A stretch of DNA of 60,283 nucleotides, from positions 1 to 60,283 of the forward strand of contig JAOUEV010000014.1 in the NCBI GenBank assembly GCA_029858565.1. Reading direction: 5' to 3'. This stretch comes from Nitrospirota bacterium (GTDB lineage Bacteria; Nitrospirota; UBA9217). The notes below the pieces were generated by a model. The model was not told where the DNA came from. It saw nothing but the letters and a program-made list of their open reading frames with translations, and ran no database searches. A program made the translations under genes and the position numbers. Positions 10,317 to 19,337 of the stretch are shown piece after piece (positions within the stretch are counted from its first letter, which is position 1; each line of letters starts with the position of its first letter).

Positions 10317-10344
10317 AGTGCGGAGCGCGGAGTGCGGAGTGCGA
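10317..10344 (+). repeat. Short heptamer tandem repeat (AGTGCGG x4, imperfect)
   Basis: AGTGCGG AGCGCGG AGTGCGG AGTGCGA between hyfE and hyfF of module 1. Confidence 0.75.
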
Positions 10345-10370
10345 AATAATAATAAATCGCGGAGAACGGC

Positions 10371-11852
10371 ATGTTAACCGTGCTTTTGATCCCGATAATC
10401 ACAGCCGTGCTGTGCTATCTCGTGAAAAGCCCGAGGTTCATCGGTTACGTCAGCCTCGCGGGGATGTCGGTGCTTGTCGTCGCGGCAGCGAGACTCATCG
10501 CAGCCTCTCTCGCGGCTCCGGTGTACGAGTTGCAGGAAGCGCTGTTCATGGACGCGTTCTCCGCCTACGTGATGGCGCTTATGCTGTTCTACAGTTTCGC
10601 GGCAGCGGTCTACTCGATCAGCTACCTTCAGCATGAGTTCGAGACGGGCTTGATCGATATCCGCGGCATGCGGCGGTACTACGGTCTGTTCCATCTCTTT
10701 GTCTTCACCATGCTGCTGGTGGTCGCGGCGAACAACCTGGCGCTCATGTGGATCGGCATGGAGGCCACGACGATCGTCTCGGCGCTCCTGATCGGCCTTG
10801 GTTTTCACAAACGGCCGCTCGCGGTCGAGGCTGCGTGGAAGTACATTGTTCTCTGCACCGTGGGCATCACCTTCGCGCTTCTCGGCACGTTCATCACCTA
10901 CTACGCGGCATCCTCGGTCGTCGGGCACGAGAGCGCGCTCAACTGGACAGTCCTGTCAGGGATCGCCGCGAAATTGAATCCCGGCACCATGAAACTTGCA
11001 TTCATTTTCATGCTGGTGGGCTACGGCACCAAGGCGGGCCTCGCGCCGGTACATAACTGGCTGCCTGACGCGCAGAGCCAGGCGCCGAGCCCCATAAGCG
11101 CGCTCCTGCCGGGCTGGACCGCGTTCTATGCGATCATGCGTTTCCTGGCTATCGTCAGCCCCTCGACCGGCGTCTCCTTTACCGGCAACCTGCTGGTTAT
11201 CTTCGGTCTCATTTCCATCGGCATCGCAGCGATATTCATCGTGGTTCAGGACAATTACAAACGGTTGCTCTCGTACAGCAGCGTCGAACATATGGGTATC
11301 ATGGCGCTGGGTGTGGGCATCGGCGGGCCCCTGGGTTTTTACGGATCGTTGCTGCACATGCTTGGCAATACCTTTGCCAAGCCGCTCATGTTCTTCACTT
11401 CAGGAAAGATCCAGGCACGGTTCGGGTCAACGAACATCGCCAACGTAACAGGCGTCTTCTCCTCCATGCCGCTCCTCGGGGCGATGACGTTCATCGGAGC
11501 CCTCGCGCTTGCCGGTTCGCCTCCTTTCAACATATTCATCAGTGAGTTCACGATATTGAAGGCTGCGGCTGACAAGGGCATGTGGCTTGTTCTTGGTATT
11601 TTTCTGTTCTTTGCCGCAGTTGTTTTCTACGGAGTGCTTTCCGGATTCGGCAAAATGCTTTTTGGCGATCCTGGCAGGGAAAGCGGTGCCGGATCGCTTG
11701 TGCGGCCCCGAATCCCGGTCACCGTAGGCACTGTTCTCGGCAACGGCATCATGATAGCTATGACTGCTTCGATCGTGGTCATGGGTTTTACCATACCGCA
11801 GTTCATCGACCGGACCATCAGGGCGTGCATAGCCGCCCTGGGAGCTAATTGA
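10371..11852 (+). CDS. hyfF: Ehr/hydrogenase-4 subunit F (NuoM/MrpD-like), module 1
   Basis: MEATT, EAAWKY, GYGTKAGLAPVHNWLPDA, YSSVEHMG, PPFNIFISEF. Confidence 0.88.
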   Translation: MLTVLLIPIITAVLCYLVKSPRFIGYVSLAGMSVLVVAAARLIAASLAAPVYELQEALFMDAFSAYVMALMLFYSFAAAVYSISYLQHEFETGLIDIRGMRRYYGLFHLFVFTMLLVVAANNLALMWIGMEATTIVSALLIGLGFHKRPLAVEAAWKYIVLCTVGITFALLGTFITYYAASSVVGHESALNWTVLSGIAAKLNPGTMKLAFIFMLVGYGTKAGLAPVHNWLPDAQSQAPSPISALLPGWTAFYAIMRFLAIVSPSTGVSFTGNLLVIFGLISIGIAAIFIVVQDNYKRLLSYSSVEHMGIMALGVGIGGPLGFYGSLLHMLGNTFAKPLMFFTSGKIQARFGSTNIANVTGVFSSMPLLGAMTFIGALALAGSPPFNIFISEFTILKAAADKGMWLVLGIFLFFAAVVFYGVLSGFGKMLFGDPGRESGAGSLVRPRIPVTVGTVLGNGIMIAMTASIVVMGFTIPQFIDRTIRACIAALGAN

Positions 11853-11853
11853 T

Positions 11854-13422
11854 ATGAATCCTGCGCTCAAAGAGTCCCGCTCACGGCGTGAATTCCGCAA
11901 CGAGGTGTATCTCGAATACGGAGCAGCGGACTTTCACGATGTCTGCTGCAGTCTGGTGAAGGACCACCGCGCGCTCCTCAGGCTCATGTTCGGCACTGAT
12001 GAGCGATTGCGTGACGGTTCCTTCCGGATCTACGCCGTTTTCTCCATTCCCGGGCAGGACCGGTTCCTGATCCCTGTTCTGCAACTGGGCGACAAGGAAT
12101 CATCCTTTCCCTCGATCACTTCGGAGGTTCCAGCGGCCCAATGGTATGAGCGGGAGATCAGCGACATGTTCGGGTTATCTCCTGAAGGCCATCCGGACAC
12201 GCGCCGTCTGGTGTTCCATGAGGCCTTTCCCGCTGGATCGCACCCCCTGCGCAAGGACTGGAGCATAACGGATGAGGAAAAGGCCGTATGGGGCGAGGGG
12301 AGAAAGATCAATGTGCCTCATCCCTTCATGGAAGTGGCAGGCGAGGGCATTGTCCAGATCCCGGTGGGTCCGGTGCATGCCGGGGTCATCGAGCCGGGTC
12401 ATTTCCGGTTCAGCGCGATCGGTGAAACGATCTTCTTCCTCGAACCGAGACTGTTCTACACCCATAAAGGCACGGAAAAGCATTTCGAAAGCTTCGGGTT
12501 TTCCGACGGGGTGCGGCTTGCGGAACGGGTTTCCGGCACTGATTCCTTTTCCCACGGCGTCGCCTATTGCATGGCCGTCGAGCGGATGATGGGGATCGAG
12601 ATCACGGAAAAGGCCGCGGCGGTCAGAACGCTCGGCATGGAACTCGAGCGATTGTATAATCATATCGGTGATATAGGTTTCCTCTGCGCAGGAACGGCGC
12701 TTGCCGTGGGATACGCCAAGGGAGCAGTCATCCGGGAGGAACTCCAGTGCTTGAACGAACGTCTCACCGGCAGCCGGTATCTGCGCGGGGTCAATGCGGT
12801 CGGCGGCGTGACCACGGATATGCTGGAACACGCCGACGACCTGCTGCGGACACTGGACTCGGTAACGGTCGAGTATAAAAGCATGATGAAGCTCCTGCTT
12901 TCTTCGGTCTCCCATGTGGAACGTCTCGAGAATACCGGGAAGCTGTCCCGGGACATCGCGGCCCGTCTCGGCGTGACCGGCGTGGCCGCGCGGGCCTCCG
13001 GCCTTGCAGATGATGTCAGGAAATCTCATCCGCATCTGCTGTACGATCGGATGATCTTCGAAGCACACACCCTGGAAAAAGGCGATGTGCTCGCGCGGAT
13101 GCTGATCAGGGGGGAGGAGGCCGAGTGCTCCATCTCCATGGTCCACGAGCTCCTGGAAAGCTCGTACAGGGGAGGTCTGACCGTTGCGGTGAAGCGTCCG
13201 GAAGCCTATGCTTCAGCGCTGGGATATGTGGAATCTCCCCGGGGATCGCTGTTCTACTGGGTCATGTCAGACAAAGAAGGAAAGCCGTTCCGCGTGAAAT
13301 TGCGGACGCCGTCCTATTGCAACTGGCCTGCAGTCCCTTTTGCCGTGCACGGCAATATCGTTCCCGATTTTCCGCTGTGCAATAAAAGCTTTAATCTTTC
13401 CTATTCCGGCTGCGACCGGTGA
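11854..13422 (+). CDS. ehrL: Ehr large subunit (HycE/HyfG-like NuoC-NuoD fusion lacking NiFe ligands), module 1
   Basis: WYERE..HPLRKD (NuoC part); GPVHAGVIEPGHFRF, HKGTEK, ELERLYNH, ESPRG; L1 site ERVSGTD and C-terminal NLSYSGCDR lack the CxxC pairs. Confidence 0.88.
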   Translation: MNPALKESRSRREFRNEVYLEYGAADFHDVCCSLVKDHRALLRLMFGTDERLRDGSFRIYAVFSIPGQDRFLIPVLQLGDKESSFPSITSEVPAAQWYEREISDMFGLSPEGHPDTRRLVFHEAFPAGSHPLRKDWSITDEEKAVWGEGRKINVPHPFMEVAGEGIVQIPVGPVHAGVIEPGHFRFSAIGETIFFLEPRLFYTHKGTEKHFESFGFSDGVRLAERVSGTDSFSHGVAYCMAVERMMGIEITEKAAAVRTLGMELERLYNHIGDIGFLCAGTALAVGYAKGAVIREELQCLNERLTGSRYLRGVNAVGGVTTDMLEHADDLLRTLDSVTVEYKSMMKLLLSSVSHVERLENTGKLSRDIAARLGVTGVAARASGLADDVRKSHPHLLYDRMIFEAHTLEKGDVLARMLIRGEEAECSISMVHELLESSYRGGLTVAVKRPEAYASALGYVESPRGSLFYWVMSDKEGKPFRVKLRTPSYCNWPAVPFAVHGNIVPDFPLCNKSFNLSYSGCDR

Positions 13423-13443
13423 AACATTGAGAGAGAGCGACCC

Positions 13444-13968
13444 ATGCTGAAAGAGATATTGAAGAACCTCATAACCAGAAAGCGAACAATAACCTTCCCA
13501 ACGGGATTCCCGATAGAACCCGGGCAGACTGTTAAGCTTGTTGACATTCAAGGGAAACTTGATACAATCTTCAAAAGATCGCTGCGGATCAGGATGGTCG
13601 ACGCGGGTTCCTGCAACGCCTGTGAATGGGAATGTCAGGCCCTCATGAATCCGTTCTATGATCTTCAAAGGCTCGGCATCGACTTTGTGGCATCGCCGAG
13701 ACATGCCGACGTACTGCTGGTGTCCGGTCCGGTCTCCCGTCAGATGGAACTCGCTCTCAAAAAGACCTATTTCGCAACTCCGGAGCCAAGGCGGGTCGTG
13801 GCTTGCGGCGATTGCGCGGTGAACGGCGGCATCTACCGCGGCAGTTACGCGGTGACCGACGGCGTGGCGAACGTCATTCCCGTTGACGCGATCATTCCGG
13901 GCTGCCCGCCGACGCCTTCGGCGATCATGCTGGGCATCGCCCAGCTCATGAACAAAGACGTGAAGTAA
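13444..13968 (+). CDS. ehrS: Ehr small subunit (HycG/HyfI/NuoB-like, 4Fe-4S), module 1
   Basis: GSCNACE, SPRHAD, GDCA, IPGCPP. Confidence 0.9.
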   Translation: MLKEILKNLITRKRTITFPTGFPIEPGQTVKLVDIQGKLDTIFKRSLRIRMVDAGSCNACEWECQALMNPFYDLQRLGIDFVASPRHADVLLVSGPVSRQMELALKKTYFATPEPRRVVACGDCAVNGGIYRGSYAVTDGVANVIPVDAIIPGCPPTPSAIMLGIAQLMNKDVK

Positions 13969-14053
13969 GCATGCAGTGATCAGAGAGCTTGACCTTCACC
14001 AATAGCGCGCCATTTCCGTCCGACGACGCGGGTAAGGGCTGTGAGGTGGAAAC

Positions 14054-16099
14054 TTGGTTATCGATCCTGTCCGTATCATGGCGGCGTCCTTCGCCGCGCT
14101 CGTCCTCCTGCTTGTACTGACGATCTTTCTGCGTCGCAGCCAGCGCCTGCTGATAACGGCGGGGTTCTCCCTTGCCGGCCTCGCATCGTTCCTCGCGGCA
14201 GGCGCGGGATTCCTGACTGTTGCTCAGGGGATGACCTTCCGGATCGTCGTACCCCTCGGGCTGCCTGACCTGCCGTTCCATCTGCGACTCGATGTGCTCT
14301 CCGGCTATTTCTTGATGATCATCGGCCTCCTGGCGCTCTTTGTATCGATCTATTCCATCGGCTATGTGCGCGGTTTTCTCGGGGTGAGGCCGGTAACCAG
14401 CCTCGTGGTCTTCTCTACGTTCTTTCTCGCGGGGATGTTCCTTGTAGTTCTCGCTGACGACGCTTTGTTCTTTATGATCGCCTGGGAATTGATGGCCGGC
14501 GCTTCGTACTACCTGGTCATGTTCGAGGACGAGCGCCTGGAGAACAGAAGGGCGTCGTTCCTCTATCTGCTTGTGGCCCATGTCGGCGCCATCGCGATAC
14601 TCCTGTCCTTTGGTATCCTCGCGGGGCTTACGACGGGGTTTCAGGGATTCGAAGGATACACCTTCGACGCCATGCGCGAGGCGAAGCATCCCCAGGCGCT
14701 CGCAACAGCGGCCTTTCTCCTGGCATTTTTCGGGTTCTCTGCAAAGGCGGGCGTGATCCCGCTCCATATCTGGCTGCCCGAGGCCCATCCGGTCGCTCCG
14801 TCGAACGTATCGGCACTGATGAGCGGAGTGATGCTCAAGACGGCTATTTACGGGATGATGCGCGTCATCTTCGATCTGATCGGCGTGTTTCCCTGGTGGT
14901 GGGGCGCTCTGGTGCTGGTATTCGGGCTGATATCGGCGGTGCTCGGCGTTCTCTATGCGCTGCTGCAGCACGACCTCAAGAAGCTTCTTGCCTATTCGTC
15001 GGTGGAGAATATCGGGATCATCCTGATCAGCATGGGCCTGTCCATGATCTTCGCGTCGTTCGGTCTGACCGTGCTTTCCGCGCTGGCGATGATCGCGGCG
15101 CTCTACCACACCCTGAACCATGCAATGTTCAAGGGACTGCTGTTCATGGGCGCGGGCACGGTGCTTCATGCGACCCATGAGCGGTCCATGGAAAAGATGG
15201 GCGGACTCATCAAATTCATGCCCTGGACGAGCGCCCTGTTCCTCGTCGGCTGCCTCTCCATCGCGGCCCTGCCGCCTTTTAACGGATTTGTGTCCGAGTG
15301 GCTGACCTATCAGGCGTTCCTGCTGTCTCCGGCCCTGACCAACCCGCTGCTGAACCTGCTGGTGCCGCTGGGAGCGGCGCTTCTAGCGCTCACCAGCGCT
15401 CTTGCCGCGGCCCTGTTCGTGAAAGCCTACGGGGTGACTTTTCTCGGTCATCGGCGAAGCCGCCATCCTGCCGTGATCCATGAAGCGCCGTGGTCCATGC
15501 GCATCGCCATGTCGTTGGCGGCACTTGCCTGCCTCGCTCTTGGCATCTTCCCGACCTATCTTATCCACTGGATGGACCCGATAACGAAGTTCCTGGTAGG
15601 GGACACGATATCTTCTTCAGCTGCGGGATTCGGGTGGATGTGGCTGACCCCGATCGCCCATGATAGGGCATCCTATTCAGCTCCCGTGGTGTTCGTGGTC
15701 ATCCTTGCCGTGGTGGCCATCACCTATCTGCTGCTGCATTCACGTGCAGGGACGATACGTCGCGGCCCTCTCTGGGGATGCGGTTTTGAAGGCATCACCA
15801 GCCGTATGCAGTACACGGCAATGTCCTTTTCCATGCCTCTGCGCAGGATATTCGGCTTTCTGTTCAGTATCAAGGAAAAGGTCCATCATCTGCCGCCTAC
15901 GACCCACAGCGCTTTTCCCGGCAGACTGCAGTATCATCTTCGCGTGCGGGACCGGGCGTGGATATGGGTCTATCAGCCGATCTCCGACGCCAGTTTCTGG
16001 ATATCCCGCAGGATCGGCCGGATGCAGCACGGACGGATCCAGGTGTACTTGATCTATTCGTTCGTCACGATCATCGTGCTGCTCATTTTTTCTCGATAG
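14054..16099 (+). CDS. hyfB: Ehr/hydrogenase-4 membrane subunit B, module 2
   Basis: AWELM, KAGVIPLHIWLPEAHP, LAYSSVEN, NHAMFK, PPFNGFVSEW, WGCG; TTG start after GAGGTGG. Confidence 0.9.
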   Translation: MVIDPVRIMAASFAALVLLLVLTIFLRRSQRLLITAGFSLAGLASFLAAGAGFLTVAQGMTFRIVVPLGLPDLPFHLRLDVLSGYFLMIIGLLALFVSIYSIGYVRGFLGVRPVTSLVVFSTFFLAGMFLVVLADDALFFMIAWELMAGASYYLVMFEDERLENRRASFLYLLVAHVGAIAILLSFGILAGLTTGFQGFEGYTFDAMREAKHPQALATAAFLLAFFGFSAKAGVIPLHIWLPEAHPVAPSNVSALMSGVMLKTAIYGMMRVIFDLIGVFPWWWGALVLVFGLISAVLGVLYALLQHDLKKLLAYSSVENIGIILISMGLSMIFASFGLTVLSALAMIAALYHTLNHAMFKGLLFMGAGTVLHATHERSMEKMGGLIKFMPWTSALFLVGCLSIAALPPFNGFVSEWLTYQAFLLSPALTNPLLNLLVPLGAALLALTSALAAALFVKAYGVTFLGHRRSRHPAVIHEAPWSMRIAMSLAALACLALGIFPTYLIHWMDPITKFLVGDTISSSAAGFGWMWLTPIAHDRASYSAPVVFVVILAVVAITYLLLHSRAGTIRRGPLWGCGFEGITSRMQYTAMSFSMPLRRIFGFLFSIKEKVHHLPPTTHSAFPGRLQYHLRVRDRAWIWVYQPISDASFWISRRIGRMQHGRIQVYLIYSFVTIIVLLIFSR

Positions 16100-16122
16100 A
16101 AATACGCAACAGGAGAAAGAAC

Positions 16123-17070
16123 TTGACGATCCCTTCATCGCTTATAGAAACGACCCAGGTGGCGCTGCTGCTCGCGGCCGCACCGCTGTTCACGGGGTGG
16201 GTGAAGATGGTGAAGTGCTGGATGCAGGGCAGGACAGCGCCGAGCCTGCTCCAGCCCTTCCGCGATCTGGCGAAGCTGTTTTCAAAAGACGTGGTGCTGG
16301 CTGAGAATGCCTCCTGGATATTCCGTTTCACACCCTATCTCGTATTCGGCGTCTCGGTCCTGGCAGGGGCGATCATTCCCGTGCTTTCCACGGACCTGCT
16401 GCTGTCGGCAACCGCGGACGTTATCGTCCTGGTCTCGCTCTTTGCCATTGCGCGGTTCTTTACCGCCCTGGCGGGCATGGACATCGGGACCGCGTTCGGG
16501 GGGATGGGCTCAAGCCGTGAAATGACCATCGCGTCCTTGGCAGAACCGGGCATGCTGATGGCCGTGTTCGCGGTATCGCTCGTGGGAAAATCGACATCGC
16601 TCTCTCAGATGACAGCAGTTATTTCCCAGGGCGGACATGCGATGCTGCGGCCGTCGATGGTGTTCGCACTGCTGGCCTTCATTCTCATTGCCCTGGCGGA
16701 AACAGGAAGGATTCCCGTGGACAATCCAGCGACCCATCTGGAGCTTACTATGATCCATGAGGCCATGATCCTGGAATATTCCGGAAGGCATCTCGCGTTG
16801 ATCGAATGGGCGGGGATGATGAAGCTCTATCTCTTCACGGTCCTGGGCATAGCGGCTTTCTTTCCCTGGGGTATCAGCCTGAATAACGACCTTCCGGCCA
16901 TTGCAGGAGCGCTGGTTTTTCTCTTCCTCAAGCTGGGGTTCGTGGGCATGGCTCTTGTGCTGATCGAGACCGGGCTGGCAAAAATGCGGATATTCAGGAT
17001 CACGGAATTCCTGGGAAGCGCGTTCCTGTTCGCCACGCTCGGCATGATGTCGTTCTTCATGCTGGAATAA
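16123..17070 (+). CDS. hyfC: Ehr/hydrogenase-4 subunit C, module 2
   Basis: QGRTAP..QPFRDL, GSSRE, AETGRIPVDNPATHLELTMIHE; TTG 16123 after AGGAG. Confidence 0.88.
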   Translation: MTIPSSLIETTQVALLLAAAPLFTGWVKMVKCWMQGRTAPSLLQPFRDLAKLFSKDVVLAENASWIFRFTPYLVFGVSVLAGAIIPVLSTDLLLSATADVIVLVSLFAIARFFTALAGMDIGTAFGGMGSSREMTIASLAEPGMLMAVFAVSLVGKSTSLSQMTAVISQGGHAMLRPSMVFALLAFILIALAETGRIPVDNPATHLELTMIHEAMILEYSGRHLALIEWAGMMKLYLFTVLGIAAFFPWGISLNNDLPAIAGALVFLFLKLGFVGMALVLIETGLAKMRIFRITEFLGSAFLFATLGMMSFFMLE

Positions 17071-17137
17071 GCGTGACAGCAAGCTGCTTTGTCCCTTGCC
17101 GGACAGGGAATAGCGAGATCATGAGAAAGGTGCAGAT

Positions 17138-17803
17138 ATGAATCCGACTGCTGCTGCGCAACTGAACAGTCTTCTGGCTGCTCTGATCCTTCTTACTGCC
17201 TTTGCGCTGGTGGTGCAAAGACGGATGAACGCGCTGCTCCATATTTTCGCGTGGCAGGGGTTCCTTCTCGCGGTCAGCACGGCCATAGTCGGTTTCGTGG
17301 GCGGGGCCCATCATTTATACATATCCTCGTTCCTGACGCTGGGCATCAAGGTGATCCTTCTGCCCTATATCCTGCATCTGCTGATCCATAAACTGAAGAT
17401 CCGCAAAGAGGTCGACTCGGTGATCAATGTTCCGACGACGATGATGATCGGCATCATCCTGGTCATCTATTCCTATCATTTGACCGCGCCGATCAGGGAA
17501 TTATCGACGCTGGTGACCCGATCGACAATTGCCGTGGCGCTTGCCACGTTCATGCTCGGGTTCCTCATGATGATCACCCGGAAGCACGCGGTCGCCCAGA
17601 TCATCGGTTTCCTTGCCATGGAGAACGGACTTCTTTTCGCCGCAACGAGCGCGACCTACGGCATGCCGCTGGTGGTCGAGCTCGGCGTCGCGCTGGACCT
17701 GCTGATCGCGGCATTCATCTTCGGCATGTTCTTTTTCCATATTTCGACCACTTTCGACAGCCTGGATGTGGACCAGATGGCCAGGTTAAAGGAAGAAGAT
17801 TGA
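17138..17803 (+). CDS. hyfE: Ehr/hydrogenase-4 subunit E, module 2
   Basis: IKVILLP, MENGL, GMPLVVELGVALD. Confidence 0.88.
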   Translation: MNPTAAAQLNSLLAALILLTAFALVVQRRMNALLHIFAWQGFLLAVSTAIVGFVGGAHHLYISSFLTLGIKVILLPYILHLLIHKLKIRKEVDSVINVPTTMMIGIILVIYSYHLTAPIRELSTLVTRSTIAVALATFMLGFLMMITRKHAVAQIIGFLAMENGLLFAATSATYGMPLVVELGVALDLLIAAFIFGMFFFHISTTFDSLDVDQMARLKEED

Positions 17804-17848
17804 TGCGTTGCTTCATCGACAACCCGTTCTCCGGGCATAGAGGTTGAT

Positions 17849-19297
17849 ATGTATCTGCTGATCCTGTTGGTCATCCCACTTGCCGCATCGCTGATCCTGG
17901 CGATCATCGGCGACCGGAAATACGCGCCCGAAGTGAATATCGCCTGCTCGGCGGTCTCCTGCGGGGCGAGTATCGTTCTTGGCCTGCAGGTGTACGAGCA
18001 GGGACCGTTCCTGGCCTGGGACAATTTCTTTTTTGTGGACGCGTTCAGCATCTATCTGTCGGTGCTCACGGCGTTCGTTTCCATGACCACGGCTATCTTC
18101 AGCAGGCGCTATATGCGCCGGGAGCGTGAACACGGGACCATCGGCCACCGCAGAATGCGATTCTATCACGCCATGTATCAGCTCTTTATCTTCGCAATGC
18201 TGCTCTGCCTACTGACCAATAACGTGGGGATCCTCTGGATCGCCATGGAACTTGCCACATTGTCCACGGTCCTGCTCGTATCGCTCTATCGCACGCCCAC
18301 CTCGATCGAGGCTGCCTGGAAGTATTTCATTCTCTGCGGCGTCGGCATATCGCTGGCGCTGTTCGGAACGGTCCTTCTTTACTTTGCCGCGGAAAAGGTC
18401 CTGGGGCCCGGAGGCGCGGCACTGCACTGGACGAACCTGGCGAAGGTCAGCAGCCAGCTGGAGCCGACCATCCTGTCCCTTGCCTTTGTGTTCCTTGTGG
18501 TGGGGTACGGCACGAAAGTGGGGCTGGTCCCCATGCATAACTGGCTTCCCGACGCGCACAGCGAAGGCCCGACGCCCATATCTGCCGTGCTTTCCGGTCT
18601 TTTGCTGAACATCGCTCTCTACGCGCTGGTGCGCTGCAAGGTGCTGGTGGATGGATCCACAGGAACCCACCATTCCGGGAACATCATGATGGGATTCGGG
18701 ATACTCTCGATAATGGTCGCATCCTTCTCGATCCTTCGCCAGAAGGACATCAAACGGATGTTCGCCTATTCCTCGATCGAACATATGGGCATCGCTACGT
18801 TTGCTTTCGGCCTGGGAGGGCCGGTCGCGACATTCGGAGCATTGATGCATATGCTGATGCACAGTCTCACTAAATCAGCGATATTCTTTACCGTGGGCCA
18901 TGCGTCCCAGATGCACCGGACCCAGGAAATGGACAAGATACGGGGCCTTATCCGCGGAAACCCGCTTGTCGGATGGGGACTCGCCCTTGGATGCATGGCG
19001 ATCGTGGGCATGCCTCCCTTCGGTGTATTTACCAGCGAGTTCCTGATCCTGACCGCAACGATCAAGGACGCGCCGCTCATGGCGCCGTTCCTGCTGCTCG
19101 GCCTCACCGTGACGTTCGCGGCACTGTTCAGGAAAGTGCAGCATATGGTCGCGGGAGAGGCGCCTGCATATCAGATAAAACTGAAGGCGGCCCACGTCCC
19201 CGTGGTCCTTCACATGGCGCTTGTTCTCGTCCTGGGATTATATCTGCCCAAATTCCTGTCCGGGTGGTTCCAGGCGGCAGTGGGAGTTCTGAAATAA
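17849..19297 (+). CDS. hyfF: Ehr/hydrogenase-4 subunit F, module 2
   Basis: EAAWKY, GYGTKVGLVPMHNWLPDAHSE, YSSIEHMG, HSLTK, PPFGVFTSEF. Confidence 0.9.
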   Translation: MYLLILLVIPLAASLILAIIGDRKYAPEVNIACSAVSCGASIVLGLQVYEQGPFLAWDNFFFVDAFSIYLSVLTAFVSMTTAIFSRRYMRREREHGTIGHRRMRFYHAMYQLFIFAMLLCLLTNNVGILWIAMELATLSTVLLVSLYRTPTSIEAAWKYFILCGVGISLALFGTVLLYFAAEKVLGPGGAALHWTNLAKVSSQLEPTILSLAFVFLVVGYGTKVGLVPMHNWLPDAHSEGPTPISAVLSGLLLNIALYALVRCKVLVDGSTGTHHSGNIMMGFGILSIMVASFSILRQKDIKRMFAYSSIEHMGIATFAFGLGGPVATFGALMHMLMHSLTKSAIFFTVGHASQMHRTQEMDKIRGLIRGNPLVGWGLALGCMAIVGMPPFGVFTSEFLILTATIKDAPLMAPFLLLGLTVTFAALFRKVQHMVAGEAPAYQIKLKAAHVPVVLHMALVLVLGLYLPKFLSGWFQAAVGVLK

Positions 19298-19337
19298 TGT
19301 ACCGGATATGAAACTTGAAATGAACGGCTGCTGAATC

